Counted from the first letter of the stretch, positions 22,063 to 32,146 are shown. The stretch: 64,000 bases of DNA from an uncultured Verrucomicrobiae bacterium (GCA_963813135.1 CAWEXY010000018.1:31509-95508), one strand, 5' to 3'. Notes: generated from the sequence alone by a model not told the origin. A program made the numbers and translations.

Positions 22063-22923
22063 ATGTCGATCGCCCTATGGGTCCAAGCGGCCCGTCCCAA
22101 AACCATCGCCGCCTCTCTATGCCCCGTTCTCATCGGGGGCTCCCTTGCCCTCCAAGAACATAGCACGAACCCCCTCCTGTTCCTCTTTACCCTCCTCACC
22201 GCGCTCGGCATCCAGATCAGCACCAACCTCGCCAATGACTACTTCGACTTTCTCAAGGGCGCGGACAACAAGCATCGCATCGGGCCCCAGCGCATCACCG
22301 CTGCCGGACTCGTCTCCCCCGCCACGATGCGCCTGGCTGTCTTGGCTTCTTTTACTCTCACCGCGCTCCTCAGCATCCCCCTCATCATCCAAGGCGGCGC
22401 TGCCATGTCCCTCCTCATCTGCCTCTCCCTCCTTCTCGGCTATGCCTACACCGGCGGCCCCTATCCCCTCGCCTACCTCGGCCTCGGAGATCTCTTCGTC
22501 CTCATCTTCTTTGGGCCTTGCGCAACGCTGGGGACCTACTTCCTTCAAACAGGCCATGCTGCTCTTCTTCCCGCGCTTCTCGGCCTCCCTGCCGGACTCA
22601 TCTCAACGGCCATCCTCGCCGCCAACAACCTCCGCGATGTCGAGTCCGACCGCGCCGCCCACAAAAAAACTCTCTGCGTCCGCTTCGGCCGCACAATCGG
22701 CAAATGGGAATACGCCCTCTCTCTCAGTCTGGCCACCCTTCTCCCCTGCTTCTGGGGCTGCTTCCTTCCCCTTCTCGCAGCTCCTTTTGCTTGGCTCCTG
22801 GTCCGCCATGCATTCAAAGCTCAGGAGCCGCGTCAATTTATTTCCGTCTTCCAAAAAACCCCGCCGTTTCTGTTAGTGCATAGTGCATTATTAATTTTTA
22901 ACATTTTAATCAAACAACCATGA
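22063..22923 (+). CDS. menA: DHNA prenyltransferase
   Basis: ARPKT, NLANDYFDF.KGAD, YTGGPYPLAY.GLGD, NNLRD..D. Confidence 0.95.
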   Translation: MSIALWVQAARPKTIAASLCPVLIGGSLALQEHSTNPLLFLFTLLTALGIQISTNLANDYFDFLKGADNKHRIGPQRITAAGLVSPATMRLAVLASFTLTALLSIPLIIQGGAAMSLLICLSLLLGYAYTGGPYPLAYLGLGDLFVLIFFGPCATLGTYFLQTGHAALLPALLGLPAGLISTAILAANNLRDVESDRAAHKKTLCVRFGRTIGKWEYALSLSLATLLPCFWGCFLPLLAAPFAWLLVRHAFKAQEPRQFISVFQKTPPFLLVHSALLIFNILIKQP

Positions 22924-23360
22924 CGACATTTGACATTCCCTTGCAGTCCATCCAAAGCAAAGAGTATCTTTGGCCCATCTATCAAACCACAGACGCATCA
23001 ATTCCCCACCAACAACGGGTTGCAGAGGTCAAGGATATCGTTCTGAACCGGGCAAACATGTGGAATCAGGAAAATCTCCACCCTATCCACCTCTCCTCGC
23101 CCCGTGAATGGCTAGACATTTTAGACGAGGTAGAAGCCGTGAATAACCTCTATAGGCATATCATCATATCCTTAGGCAACAAAACGATCGAAGACTTCAA
23201 CTCATTTGCTCTTTTTTCTAAACGAATCGTCCTCAAACGCCGCCTCTCGTCGTTAGATCTGCTTAAATATATATCTAAACATCCAAGTCTTATTACGACT
23301 TCGTTGCTGTTCCCTAGCCCGGAAAGCTATAAAATCTACAAGCTGCCTAAATGGAACTAA
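22920..23360 (+). CDS. hypothetical protein coupled between menA and menC
   Basis: ATGA overlap with the menA stop and overlap with the menC start; no recognisable motif. Confidence 0.55.
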   Translation: MTTFDIPLQSIQSKEYLWPIYQTTDASIPHQQRVAEVKDIVLNRANMWNQENLHPIHLSSPREWLDILDEVEAVNNLYRHIIISLGNKTIEDFNSFALFSKRIVLKRRLSSLDLLKYISKHPSLITTSLLFPSPESYKIYKLPKWN

Positions 23361-24142
23361 GCCTGAGAATCTACACCTCCAAAAAACATCCTCACCGGAA
23401 CCTCCTGATAGAACTCGATGATGGTTCTTGGGGAGAAATCACGCCCCTGCCCAGCCGCAGCCAAGAAACCATCCAAGATATTTTGCAGCAGGGCCTTGGT
23501 TCTGTTCCCTCGGCTCAATTCGGAATGCTTCCACTTCCTCAGGAAGCTCTTACTTGGCCCGCTGCCGCTCTTTTCATGGGCTCCGTCCAAGACATTTTTC
23601 TTCGGGCAGAGAAATTTCGTGATTTTACGCACGCCAAACTAAAAGTTGGAAAGCTCTCCCTATCTGATGCTGTCCATGCAGCTAATGCTCTTAAAAAAGA
23701 TTTCCGCCTCCGCATCGATTTCAATGGCCTTTGGAAACCTCAAACTGTTCTCGCTTTCTGCAGCCACTTTATTCCTGATGATTTTGACTACCTGGAAGAT
23801 CCAGGTACAGATGTTAGCCCCTTCGCTTCTGCCGATGACGAAAATGACAGCGGAGGCGATTTCCGCATCTGGAAACCCTCGGTCCTCGGCATCCCTACGC
23901 CTAGTCCCCGGCTGATCCTCTCGAGCGCCTACGAAACGGGCATTGGGACCGCCCGCCTTGTCCAACTCGCGCACCAGCTCAATCTTCCTCAGCATCCTAT
24001 TGGTCTGGGAACTTATCATTACCTAGAAGAGGATCTTCTGAAAGAGCCGCTGCAATTTGAGGGCGGCAAAATCCATATTCCTGCGCATCTCGAGCCGGAC
24101 ATGACCAAGTTGTTTGAGATAAAAAAACAACCACGGGCCTGA
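23351..24142 (+). CDS. menC: o-succinylbenzoate synthase (compact)
   Basis: GEITPLP, KLKVG, LRIDFNG.W, YLEDP, KP, SSAYETGIG, GLGT enolase-superfamily OSBS motifs. Confidence 0.85.
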   Translation: MELSLRIYTSKKHPHRNLLIELDDGSWGEITPLPSRSQETIQDILQQGLGSVPSAQFGMLPLPQEALTWPAAALFMGSVQDIFLRAEKFRDFTHAKLKVGKLSLSDAVHAANALKKDFRLRIDFNGLWKPQTVLAFCSHFIPDDFDYLEDPGTDVSPFASADDENDSGGDFRIWKPSVLGIPTPSPRLILSSAYETGIGTARLVQLAHQLNLPQHPIGLGTYHYLEEDLLKEPLQFEGGKIHIPAHLEPDMTKLFEIKKQPRA

Positions 24143-24153
24143 ACCCGTGGCTT
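24131..24153. repeat. IS200/IS605-like or terminator hairpin at the menC 3' end
   Basis: CCACGGG-CCTGAA-CCCGTGG followed by CTTT; at the junction with the TA module. Confidence 0.5.
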
Positions 24154-24194
24154 TCGTATGAGAACTCCCATGCGGGTGGTGAAACAAAGAGGAA

Positions 24195-24776
24195 TTATGT
24201 TGGCTGCTCAATTTTTTCTAAACTCGGTTGAACCATTGCAAAGGATGATTTCACTTGTTGAATAGTTTCCAAAGGCAAGAAAAGCGACATCGGATCATTT
24301 AGAAAGGGGATAAAGCCATGATGCTCATAAAAACCTTTTGCAGAATCATTTTTTGCATCGACTACAACGGCATATGCAGCAATTTGGGTTGAAGCTACTA
24401 AAATTCTTTGCAATGCATCCCATAAAAGATATGCGCCAAGACGTCTTCCTTGCATGTGAGCATCCACAGCCAATCTACCTATACGGGCTACAGGAACAGG
24501 ATAGCGAGGTATTCCTCGGCGAAGATTTTCTGGAAGATATCGAAACTCAACCGCACCCATACAAATGGTATAGTAGCCAACTGCGAAATCTTGTCGAATT
24601 TCAATAAAACTTTTTCCTATTCCCTTTTTGTGATTCGTTTTCGCAAATCGTTTGAGATATTCATCTAATTCTTTGACACCACAGGTAAAACCTTTATATT
24701 TTTCTGGAGCTATTTCAAGAATAGGAATTGTCGTGAAGGACATTTTATTCAACGGACATGGATTGATGTGTTGCAA
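24195..24776 (-). CDS. GNAT acetyltransferase toxin (AtaT/TacT family)
   Basis: FTCG..ELDEYL, PVARIGRLAVD...QGRRLG..LL, VVVDAK...A.GFY..HGF; true start may be ATG 24743. Confidence 0.88.
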   Translation of the reverse strand: MQHINPCPLNKMSFTTIPILEIAPEKYKGFTCGVKELDEYLKRFAKTNHKKGIGKSFIEIRQDFAVGYYTICMGAVEFRYLPENLRRGIPRYPVPVARIGRLAVDAHMQGRRLGAYLLWDALQRILVASTQIAAYAVVVDAKNDSAKGFYEHHGFIPFLNDPMSLFLPLETIQQVKSSFAMVQPSLEKIEQPT

Positions 24777-25011
24777 AAGCTCTAATCAAATTTTCGTTCG
24801 GTTTCGGCGGATTTTCTAAGGCGTTCAAAAATAAATCTCTATCCTCGTCAGACAAAACTAGCGTTTGCTCACTTTTTAGTATTTCACAAGCTCGTTCTAA
24901 GGCCGCCATTCGAACAAAAGAAGAAATATTCATCCCTAAAAAGGATGCAGCCTTCTCGAAATTCTCTCTTTCTTGGGAATTAGTTCTAAACTCGACGCGC
25001 TCTTTTTTCAT
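24745..25011 (-). CDS. DUF1778 RHH antitoxin (AtaR/TacA family)
   Basis: MKKERVEFR...AA...G..ISSFV..AA.ERA...LS..D...F..AL.NPP.PN; directly upstream of the GNAT gene. Confidence 0.88.
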   Translation of the reverse strand: MKKERVEFRTNSQERENFEKAASFLGMNISSFVRMAALERACEILKSEQTLVLSDEDRDLFLNALENPPKPNENLIRAFATHQSMSVE

Positions 25012-25123
25012 ATGGCACGACTCCTTCATCTAATGATAATCCTACAATGCTGTACGGAATTTGTACACACATTAATTTTATCCAGATCCGCTAAAGAGGA
25101 TGGGATTCCCGCGCGTACTCTTA

Positions 25124-25224
25124 GGGATCGTAAAAGAATAACTCTTACAAATAGGAGGGATTTTCCAGAGGTGCATTCGCAACAATGCCCTGCTATTCTG
25201 TAAAGGTTATTCTTTTACGATCCC
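25124..25224. mobile_element. 101-bp MITE with TTA direct flanks
   Basis: Perfect terminal IRs GGGATCGTAAAAGAATAAC / GTTATTCTTTTACGATCCC, with TTA at 25121-25123 and 25225-25227. Confidence 0.8.
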
Positions 25225-26784
25225 TTAATAACTGGCGGTCGCGCTGAAGTGGAACTTGCCGCGGTCAGGGCCCGAACCTTCAAAGGAATAGAACTTAAAT
25301 CCATAGTCGGCGCGGATCGAGAGATAAGGATACATTTCGTAGCGCAGACCGGGGCCTGCGGAGAAGAGATGCTCCGTCGAAGAAACGGGATGGATATCAT
25401 TATGGAAGTTGTGGCCCACGCCATAGTCGGCAAAAGCGAGGAGGGTCAGTTTATTCTTGATTTTAGGAAGGAGTTTGAAAGAAGGAAAGCGGAGTTCGAG
25501 GTTGGCGCAAAGGGCGGCGTCGGCATTAAACGATTGTTCGTTATAGCCGCGGACGGTGTTGTATCCGCCTAAACTAAATTGTTCGCTCGGCATGAGCGGG
25601 CAAGTGGCTCCTTGCAGGCGGAGGTTGGTGGCGAGAACAAAATCCCAAAACATGGTCCAATTATCCGCTAAATAGAGGCGGGCATAGAAGTAGCGGGGAA
25701 GAGCATGGGGCCTTAGCTCTCCAAACCGTTTGGCGGTCTGATTGGCCATCCACTTCGCCGGCATGCCGTACATCTCAAGGTTCATCGAAGCGTAGTTACG
25801 GGTTTTTTTATACTGCAGGCCGTAGTTCAGGGTCAGCTGGGTGAGGTTGGCCAGATGGGTCGAGACAGGAATGCTGCCGGTCACATCGGAGAAAAAGAGG
25901 CTGCTGTTCATCCCCTTGACGTCGCCGCCGAAGCTGATCTCTTGGGAGAGATATTTGTAGTAAGGTTTGAGAGGGACTTGATAGCGGAGGCTCCCTTGAT
26001 AACTTTTCCCGAGGGTGTGGAAGTCGCGGATATGGGGATGGATCTGAGAATAGCCGCCATATAAAAAGAGGGTGTGCCCCCATGAGAAAAAGGATGAGTA
26101 GTTTGCGAAATGGGACCAAAACTTTTTGTTGTCCTCAGCGGTGGTATATTGGTAGGTGAGGATATCGTCGTTATAAAAGGCATTTCCCCAATTGAAGCCT
26201 CCAAAGTACCGGGTATTGCCGGTGAAGGGATTGCCCGTATTGTCGGCGCCGCCAAAAAGACGCAGCGGAAACCGGTCTTGCGTGGCCAGTTCGATGTCGG
26301 TCGATCCTTTTTTGACGCCCGGCCTTAGAATCAGCTGGGTGGTATGGAAGGGGTTGCGGTTCATCGAGGCGACGTCGTTCAACAAGCTTTCTTCATTGAC
26401 GGTTTCTCCGCTCTTGGCATGGAGGTAGCGGCCCAGAAGGCGCGTAGAAAACCATTTATTGCCGGTATAGAAAATAGTTCCGATTTTCCCGGTGACGATG
26501 TTGAAGCGGACCTTGCCTTCGGCTATCTCTTGTTCGGGGATTTCAACGAGGACATAAGGGTCCTTTTTTTTTGAAAAAAAAGCGAGGATCGTCCCTTTGG
26601 TTCCGGTAAGGGTCTCTTCCGAAATATTCTTGCCCATATAGGGCTGGAGCAATTCCTTCAAATCGGCCTCGATGGGAACGGGCATTCCATCCCTTTCGAT
26701 GGAGATGTCTTGGAGAACGATCTCATCGGAGGATAATAACGGAGAAATCGCCAGCAGGCTAAATAGGATTAGATTTTTTTTCAT
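25225..26784 (-). CDS. TpsB (ShlB/FhaC/HecB) outer-membrane transporter
   Basis: POTRA region (IPEQEIAEGKV), SEQFSLGGYNTVRGY loop-6 motif, FADYG, C-terminal Tyr. Confidence 0.92.
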   Translation of the reverse strand: MKKNLILFSLLAISPLLSSDEIVLQDISIERDGMPVPIEADLKELLQPYMGKNISEETLTGTKGTILAFFSKKKDPYVLVEIPEQEIAEGKVRFNIVTGKIGTIFYTGNKWFSTRLLGRYLHAKSGETVNEESLLNDVASMNRNPFHTTQLILRPGVKKGSTDIELATQDRFPLRLFGGADNTGNPFTGNTRYFGGFNWGNAFYNDDILTYQYTTAEDNKKFWSHFANYSSFFSWGHTLFLYGGYSQIHPHIRDFHTLGKSYQGSLRYQVPLKPYYKYLSQEISFGGDVKGMNSSLFFSDVTGSIPVSTHLANLTQLTLNYGLQYKKTRNYASMNLEMYGMPAKWMANQTAKRFGELRPHALPRYFYARLYLADNWTMFWDFVLATNLRLQGATCPLMPSEQFSLGGYNTVRGYNEQSFNADAALCANLELRFPSFKLLPKIKNKLTLLAFADYGVGHNFHNDIHPVSSTEHLFSAGPGLRYEMYPYLSIRADYGFKFYSFEGSGPDRGKFHFSATASY

Positions 26785-29700
26785 CGTTTCTTACGTTTCT
26801 CTACAAGGGCTTTTTGTTGGGGCGGAGCGGGCTCATGCAACAAAGAGGGCATCTCTTTATTTTCGACATTTTTATAGGTCAGATCAGGGGCAAAGGTGTC
26901 CTGGGCAAGCGATCCGCCATAATAATAGGGGCCCCACTGCTGGAACTCCTCGGAAAGGGCCTGGCGGAAATCTCCGAGGCCGCGGCTGGGGACGTGGACG
27001 GCAGCGGACGGCGACGGCGATGGCGGGGTCGGAGGAACCGGCGGGGTCGAGCAAAACTGGGCGTTATAGACATGGCCTTGCCCGTAGAAGGGGAAATTCA
27101 TGAGGAGGGTATTAGCTGTTGTATTGATCAAGTTGGGAGGGAGGAGCCGATAAGAAAAGCCATACCAAAGGCTATCGTTGGCTACCGAACCCACGAAGCT
27201 ATTGGCCGCGGAGACGGCGCCGGCCGGCGGCGTTGTAGTGCTGCCGAAAGTAACGGCGCCTAAGCCCCCATTCCATGGGGCTGAAAAGGCAGCAAAGCAC
27301 CCATCTCCCAGCTCCAATATCGCAGGGAAAAACAAGAAAGGATTATTTGTGTAAAACCCGATCGTGGCGGCAAGGTAGGTTCCAACAAAACTATTCGCGG
27401 CATTTGCCGGACCGACGGTGCCGCCGGTGCCGATTCCAAGGGTCACGATGCCTGCATCAAAAGTCGCCCCATTATGCCAATTCGGAGACTCCATGACATA
27501 ATTTCCGTTGGATAATGCATACAAATACGCACCAACCTGATCCCCGATAACCATGGAAGCTGGTGTGGTACCAATCAAGCTATTGGAGCCGCTAACGGGG
27601 CCTTGGATGCCTGTTATGCCGTTGCCCCAAGTTGCAGCGCCCCGGGAATTGTTCCAGCTGGTGCTGCCTACAACATAGTTGCCATTAGTTAGAGCGACGC
27701 CTCCCACACTGTGTAGAGAGCTAGAGCCTCTTCCTACTCGGTCGCCGGGAGCTGACCCGACAAGACTGTTTGCCATCGTGACGGGGCCTACAGGAGAGGG
27801 GGTTGCCGGAGTTCCTAAGCAAAATGTCGCAGCGCCCATAGTGCCACTCCATGAAGGGGACATAACGACATAATTGCCATTTGTCAAAGCCATAGCAAAA
27901 CCGCTAGAAACAACATCACCAGGAGAAGCGCCGATAAGACTATTGGCGGCTGTGATAATTCCATGGGGGGTCCCTAAAGTTCCGTCGGACAGCGTCGCCG
28001 CGCCAGTGTCGCTTGACCAGAACGGACTGCAGACAACATAATGGCCATTGGTAAGCGCCAGAGCGGTGCCGCTTCCTACGTGATCTGTAACTGAGGCGCC
28101 GATGAGGCTATTGGCGGCGGAGATTGTGCCGGTGGTTCCCGTGGAGCCGTTGCCCCATGTCGCAGCCCCTGCGCCAGTCCCTCCGCCAGCGTTCCAATTA
28201 GGGCTGCAGACGACATAATTGCCGTTTGTTAAGGCCTGCACAAAACCTCCGACCTGGTCGTTGGGATTACTTCCGATAAGGCTGTTGCCCGCATTTATCG
28301 TATTTACAGTTCCCGGAAGGGTTGTCCCATCGCCCCAAGTCGCCGCTCCTGCCTGGCTGTTCCAATGAGGACTGAGGACAACGTATTTATTATCATTGGG
28401 ACTGGAAAGCACAGCGATGTTTTGGAAAAAAGCATATGTCGAGACCGCCGAAGGACCAAAATCGGGCCCGCTTCCGACCCTATCTCCGATGCCACTTCCG
28501 ATCAGGCTGTTCCCTCCGTCGATTGTGCCGGTGGGGCTTGCCGATGTTCCTGAAGCGAGGGTTACCGCCCCTGTCATATTAGTCCAGTTTGGACTGGTAA
28601 CGAGATAATTTCCGTTGGGGAGGGGAATGATGCCCGGCATATAGGCCGCAAAGCTACCTGCTGGGAGGGAGACTTTATCGCCGGCTAAACTGCCGACGAG
28701 GCTATTGAGGGGGGTGATTGGGCCAAACGACGGTCCAGCGCCGGATGCCCACGTTGCGGCTCCCTGTCCACCATTCCAAAAAGGGCTTGAAATGGCATAA
28801 TTGCCGGTGGAAAGCGCAAAGACCCCTGGTAGGTACGTAAACGTGTCCCAGAAGGTGACTGAGTCCCCAGGATTAGTTCCGACTATGCTGTTGCTGGCGC
28901 CGTCAACAACGCCCACAAATGGCGTGCTGCTGCTCAGCCAGGTGGCGGCGCCGCGTCCCACCAATCCACCGCCGCTCCAACTGGGGCTCATGATCACAAC
29001 ATTTCCGTTCGTGAGAACAACAATTCCGACGTTATACTCGGGCGCAGCATTCTGGTTAGCGCCGACAGTATCGTTTGCCTGGCTCCCCGTCAGCTGTGAA
29101 ATGAGAGCGCCTGTCGTTCCATTATAAAGAAAGACGGCTCCTGCAACGGCGTTCCCGTTGATCGTAGCATCGGGCTTCGTAATGACGACGTTGCCGTTGG
29201 GAAGCGACTGAAGATCGATGCCGAATGATCCAATGGCGGGGTCGGTGGGATCGACAAATTCAAACACGCTCGTAGGTAAACAGGATGAACAGCCCGCTTG
29301 TAAGACCGGAGCGGTGATGGTAGGAGCGATGCTCAGGCGCGCCTGGCCGCGGACCTGCGTGGTAGGGCCGATATGCAGATGGGACGCTTTATCGCCAAAA
29401 GGGCTGATGCCGATGGTCGTATCTGCCGCATGATACTGGGCGTCGATGAGGTTCATCCGGTCGGCATACACTGCGATAGTCCCTTCTTGGGCATGATACT
29501 GGCCGGAACTGAAGTAGGAATAGGCCTGATGGGTGATCAGCCCGCGGCTCGCAATGACGCGTGCGGCCGTTGTCTCGCTGGTATAGCCGGCCACATTAAT
29601 GTTGATGCGGCCGCCGTCCGGGATCGTTAGGGAGCCGCCATTTAAAAAGGTATTTACGGCAATCGAAATGGTGTTTTGGGCGTCGATAGACCCGTTGTGG

Positions 29701-30659
29701 ACGAGGTAATTATTGTTGCCGCCGATATCGACGGCGCCGGCGGACATCGATCCTTCATTTTTGAGGAGTTCATCTATCTGGAGGGAGATCTTTCCGCTGG
29801 GCGCTGCAAGCCGGCTGGAGGAGGTCAGGTGGAGAGTTTCGGCGGAAATCTCTATCTGCGGGGCGCTCATCTTGCCGCTAGAATAAATTTCTCCTTGGTG
29901 GGCTCGGAGATAGATTTTGCCGTCGCGGGACTCTACATGGAGGGCGTCGAGATTGCCCGAGTTGCGGATGGCCAGGCTTTGCGGGGTGCCGGCGGCGGCG
30001 ATGTCGATTTTGAGGGCTTCGATATCGCCGGCATTCTCGATGTCGTACGCTTTGTCGAAGGCAGGTTGGATAAGGAGGGGATGTTCTTCGGAAGGCTGCA
30101 GGAGGATGTCGCTTCCGCTCCCGAGAAGGGCCCTGCCTTGCGGGGCGGATATTTTACCGTTCTGTGTAATGCGCGCGCCGATGAGGCAGGTGTCTCCCGT
30201 GCGGGAAATGATCGTGCCGAGGTTCACGATTGCTACGGCTGAGCTTCCTTGGAAATGGAGGCTTCCTTGCAAAAAATCTTCATTGGACAGGTTGAGCGTC
30301 GAGGCTAAAAATTCGGCGGTATCGATTATTCCTTTTTCGCCGATGACGATCCCTTCAGGGTTGATGAGGTAAACGCGGCCGTTGGACAAAAGGCTGCCGA
30401 AGATTTCGGTGGGTGTTTTGCCGACCACCCGGTTGAGGACGGCCGACGAGGCTTCCGGCTGGATAAAGCGGGTCGTCTCGCCTTCGGCAATCGAAAAAGA
30501 ATTCCAATTAAGAATTGTTTTATTTTGTGTGGTGATCTCAAGGGTGTTGATATCAGGGCGCGACATTTCGGCGCCGCCTGACACCACCGTGTGATTTTCC
30601 GGATGCGCCGTGAGCAAGCAGGTAAAACACAAAAGAGAAGTTCCCCACAAAGCTTTCAT
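26781..30659 (-). CDS. TpsA filamentous-haemagglutinin-type exoprotein with DUF5650-like repeats
   Basis: TPS domain (ILNWNSFSI, VLNRV, YLINPEGIVIG); about 9-10 L.NGNYVV.SP.W...GAATW repeats; Pro-rich C-terminal linker. Confidence 0.9.
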   Translation of the reverse strand: MKALWGTSLLCFTCLLTAHPENHTVVSGGAEMSRPDINTLEITTQNKTILNWNSFSIAEGETTRFIQPEASSAVLNRVVGKTPTEIFGSLLSNGRVYLINPEGIVIGEKGIIDTAEFLASTLNLSNEDFLQGSLHFQGSSAVAIVNLGTIISRTGDTCLIGARITQNGKISAPQGRALLGSGSDILLQPSEEHPLLIQPAFDKAYDIENAGDIEALKIDIAAAGTPQSLAIRNSGNLDALHVESRDGKIYLRAHQGEIYSSGKMSAPQIEISAETLHLTSSSRLAAPSGKISLQIDELLKNEGSMSAGAVDIGGNNNYLVHNGSIDAQNTISIAVNTFLNGGSLTIPDGGRININVAGYTSETTAARVIASRGLITHQAYSYFSSGQYHAQEGTIAVYADRMNLIDAQYHAADTTIGISPFGDKASHLHIGPTTQVRGQARLSIAPTITAPVLQAGCSSCLPTSVFEFVDPTDPAIGSFGIDLQSLPNGNVVITKPDATINGNAVAGAVFLYNGTTGALISQLTGSQANDTVGANQNAAPEYNVGIVVLTNGNVVIMSPSWSGGGLVGRGAATWLSSSTPFVGVVDGASNSIVGTNPGDSVTFWDTFTYLPGVFALSTGNYAISSPFWNGGQGAATWASGAGPSFGPITPLNSLVGSLAGDKVSLPAGSFAAYMPGIIPLPNGNYLVTSPNWTNMTGAVTLASGTSASPTGTIDGGNSLIGSGIGDRVGSGPDFGPSAVSTYAFFQNIAVLSSPNDNKYVVLSPHWNSQAGAATWGDGTTLPGTVNTINAGNSLIGSNPNDQVGGFVQALTNGNYVVCSPNWNAGGGTGAGAATWGNGSTGTTGTISAANSLIGASVTDHVGSGTALALTNGHYVVCSPFWSSDTGAATLSDGTLGTPHGIITAANSLIGASPGDVVSSGFAMALTNGNYVVMSPSWSGTMGAATFCLGTPATPSPVGPVTMANSLVGSAPGDRVGRGSSSLHSVGGVALTNGNYVVGSTSWNNSRGAATWGNGITGIQGPVSGSNSLIGTTPASMVIGDQVGAYLYALSNGNYVMESPNWHNGATFDAGIVTLGIGTGGTVGPANAANSFVGTYLAATIGFYTNNPFLFFPAILELGDGCFAAFSAPWNGGLGAVTFGSTTTPPAGAVSAANSFVGSVANDSLWYGFSYRLLPPNLINTTANTLLMNFPFYGQGHVYNAQFCSTPPVPPTPPSPSPSAAVHVPSRGLGDFRQALSEEFQQWGPYYYGGSLAQDTFAPDLTYKNVENKEMPSLLHEPAPPQQKALVEKRKKR

Positions 30660-30736
30660 AATGTTGGTACATACAGTTTATAGATTTATTTTGTCAAATT
30701 CAGTCTGGCACTAAAACTGAAAAGGCAGATATACAT

Positions 30737-31267
30737 ATGGGGGTGATAAAAACAGATAGACTTTTTCTACGCCCCGCCCAAATGGAAGACGCGGAAAAGC
30801 TGGAGCGGTTTTATCAAGAAAACCAAGCTCACTTCGCTCCTTGGGAGTCTCCTTTTAAAAATGTCGCAGCCCAATTATACCAATGGGACTGTGAAGAGGT
30901 CGAAGGCACTGCGGTGCGATTTCTCCTATTCAATCCTGAAGAAGACATCATCGGCCTGTGCAATTTTACCCAAATCTTCCGCGGCCCGTTCCAAGCCTGT
31001 TATCTAGGGTATAAAATCGGCGCCCGCTACGAAGGCCAAGGCCTTATGTTTGAAGGCTTATCTCAAGCTATCCCTCATATGTTTGAAAAACTTAACCTCC
31101 ATCGCATTATGGCCAATTACATGCCTTCCAATGCCCGAAGCGCGCGCCTGCTCCAGCGCCTGGGCTTTCAGATCGAAGGCCTGGCTAAAAACTACCTTCT
31201 TATCAATGGAAAATGGGAAGACCACGTCCTCGCTTCGTTGACGAACCCTGATTGGAAACCCCTTTAA
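30737..31267 (+). CDS. rimJ: RimJ-like GNAT N-acetyltransferase
   Basis: RGPFQACYLGY, LHRIMANYMP.N.RS..LL..LGF..EG.A..YL.ING.W.DH. Confidence 0.85.
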   Translation: MGVIKTDRLFLRPAQMEDAEKLERFYQENQAHFAPWESPFKNVAAQLYQWDCEEVEGTAVRFLLFNPEEDIIGLCNFTQIFRGPFQACYLGYKIGARYEGQGLMFEGLSQAIPHMFEKLNLHRIMANYMPSNARSARLLQRLGFQIEGLAKNYLLINGKWEDHVLASLTNPDWKPL

Positions 31268-31282
31268 TAAGGATGAGCTTCA

Positions 31283-32146
31283 ATGGCTTTTACAGCGATC
31301 AACGACAACTATCAATCTAAAGAGAAAACCCACTGGCTGAGAGCGTATGGCGACGAGCTTTCCTGCGTCCATAAAACGAAAGCTCGAGCGGAGGTCGAAC
31401 AAGCCTCTTCTTTAGGCTATGGCCTATGGCGAAAGTTTGGGTTTGGGCCCTATGGATGCTTGACCTTAACGAGCGCCATCGGGAAAGCCGCAGAAAAAGA
31501 AATGGACGAACGCATTGCTGCGATGGGAGATGCAAAGGGCCTTAAGATGCTGCAGCAGGCGCATCAGATCCAACAAATCGGCGTCCGGCAGAATGCCCTG
31601 ATCAAACGGCTTGAGGGAAAATTTTGCTCCCATTTTGGTCTGCTCAAAGGCGCCCTTACGATCTGCGGCTGGCGTGCCGCAAAATTAATGATGAACATTC
31701 CCTGTTCTATCCTAGGACTGTTTGATCAAAAAGTGCGCCTGCGCAACGACGTCTTGCGATGGGACATCCAGCGCAAATTTATGGACTTGGTCGCCCCGCT
31801 CCCAGCCCTGCAGATTTGGCAAAACACTGCCATGTTTTTGTCTACGCTTCCAGATAAGCACATAATTTTGATTCAAGAAAACGAGGAACAGATCCCTTTG
31901 GCCGAATTCTGGGTCGATGGCAAAATGTTGCAGACCCGTATCATTCACAAAGAAAATGCAGAGGCTATTACCCTAGCCCAGCGGCTCTTTACGAAAATCC
32001 AGGAATTATCTTCTCAAGAAGAGGGCCCCTCCATAAATGATCTTGATACGATAATCCAGGGAGCTCATGCAATCTCTAAACTGACCCGCCTCCTTTCCAT
32101 CGCCACCATTATAAAAGCGGCCAGTACGTTGAATGCTGCAAACTGA
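31283..32146 (+). CDS. hypothetical protein
   Basis: 287-aa ORF with an RBS-like AAGGA upstream; overlaps the menE start. Confidence 0.6.
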   Translation: MAFTAINDNYQSKEKTHWLRAYGDELSCVHKTKARAEVEQASSLGYGLWRKFGFGPYGCLTLTSAIGKAAEKEMDERIAAMGDAKGLKMLQQAHQIQQIGVRQNALIKRLEGKFCSHFGLLKGALTICGWRAAKLMMNIPCSILGLFDQKVRLRNDVLRWDIQRKFMDLVAPLPALQIWQNTAMFLSTLPDKHIILIQENEEQIPLAEFWVDGKMLQTRIIHKENAEAITLAQRLFTKIQELSSQEEGPSINDLDTIIQGAHAISKLTRLLSIATIIKAASTLNAAN

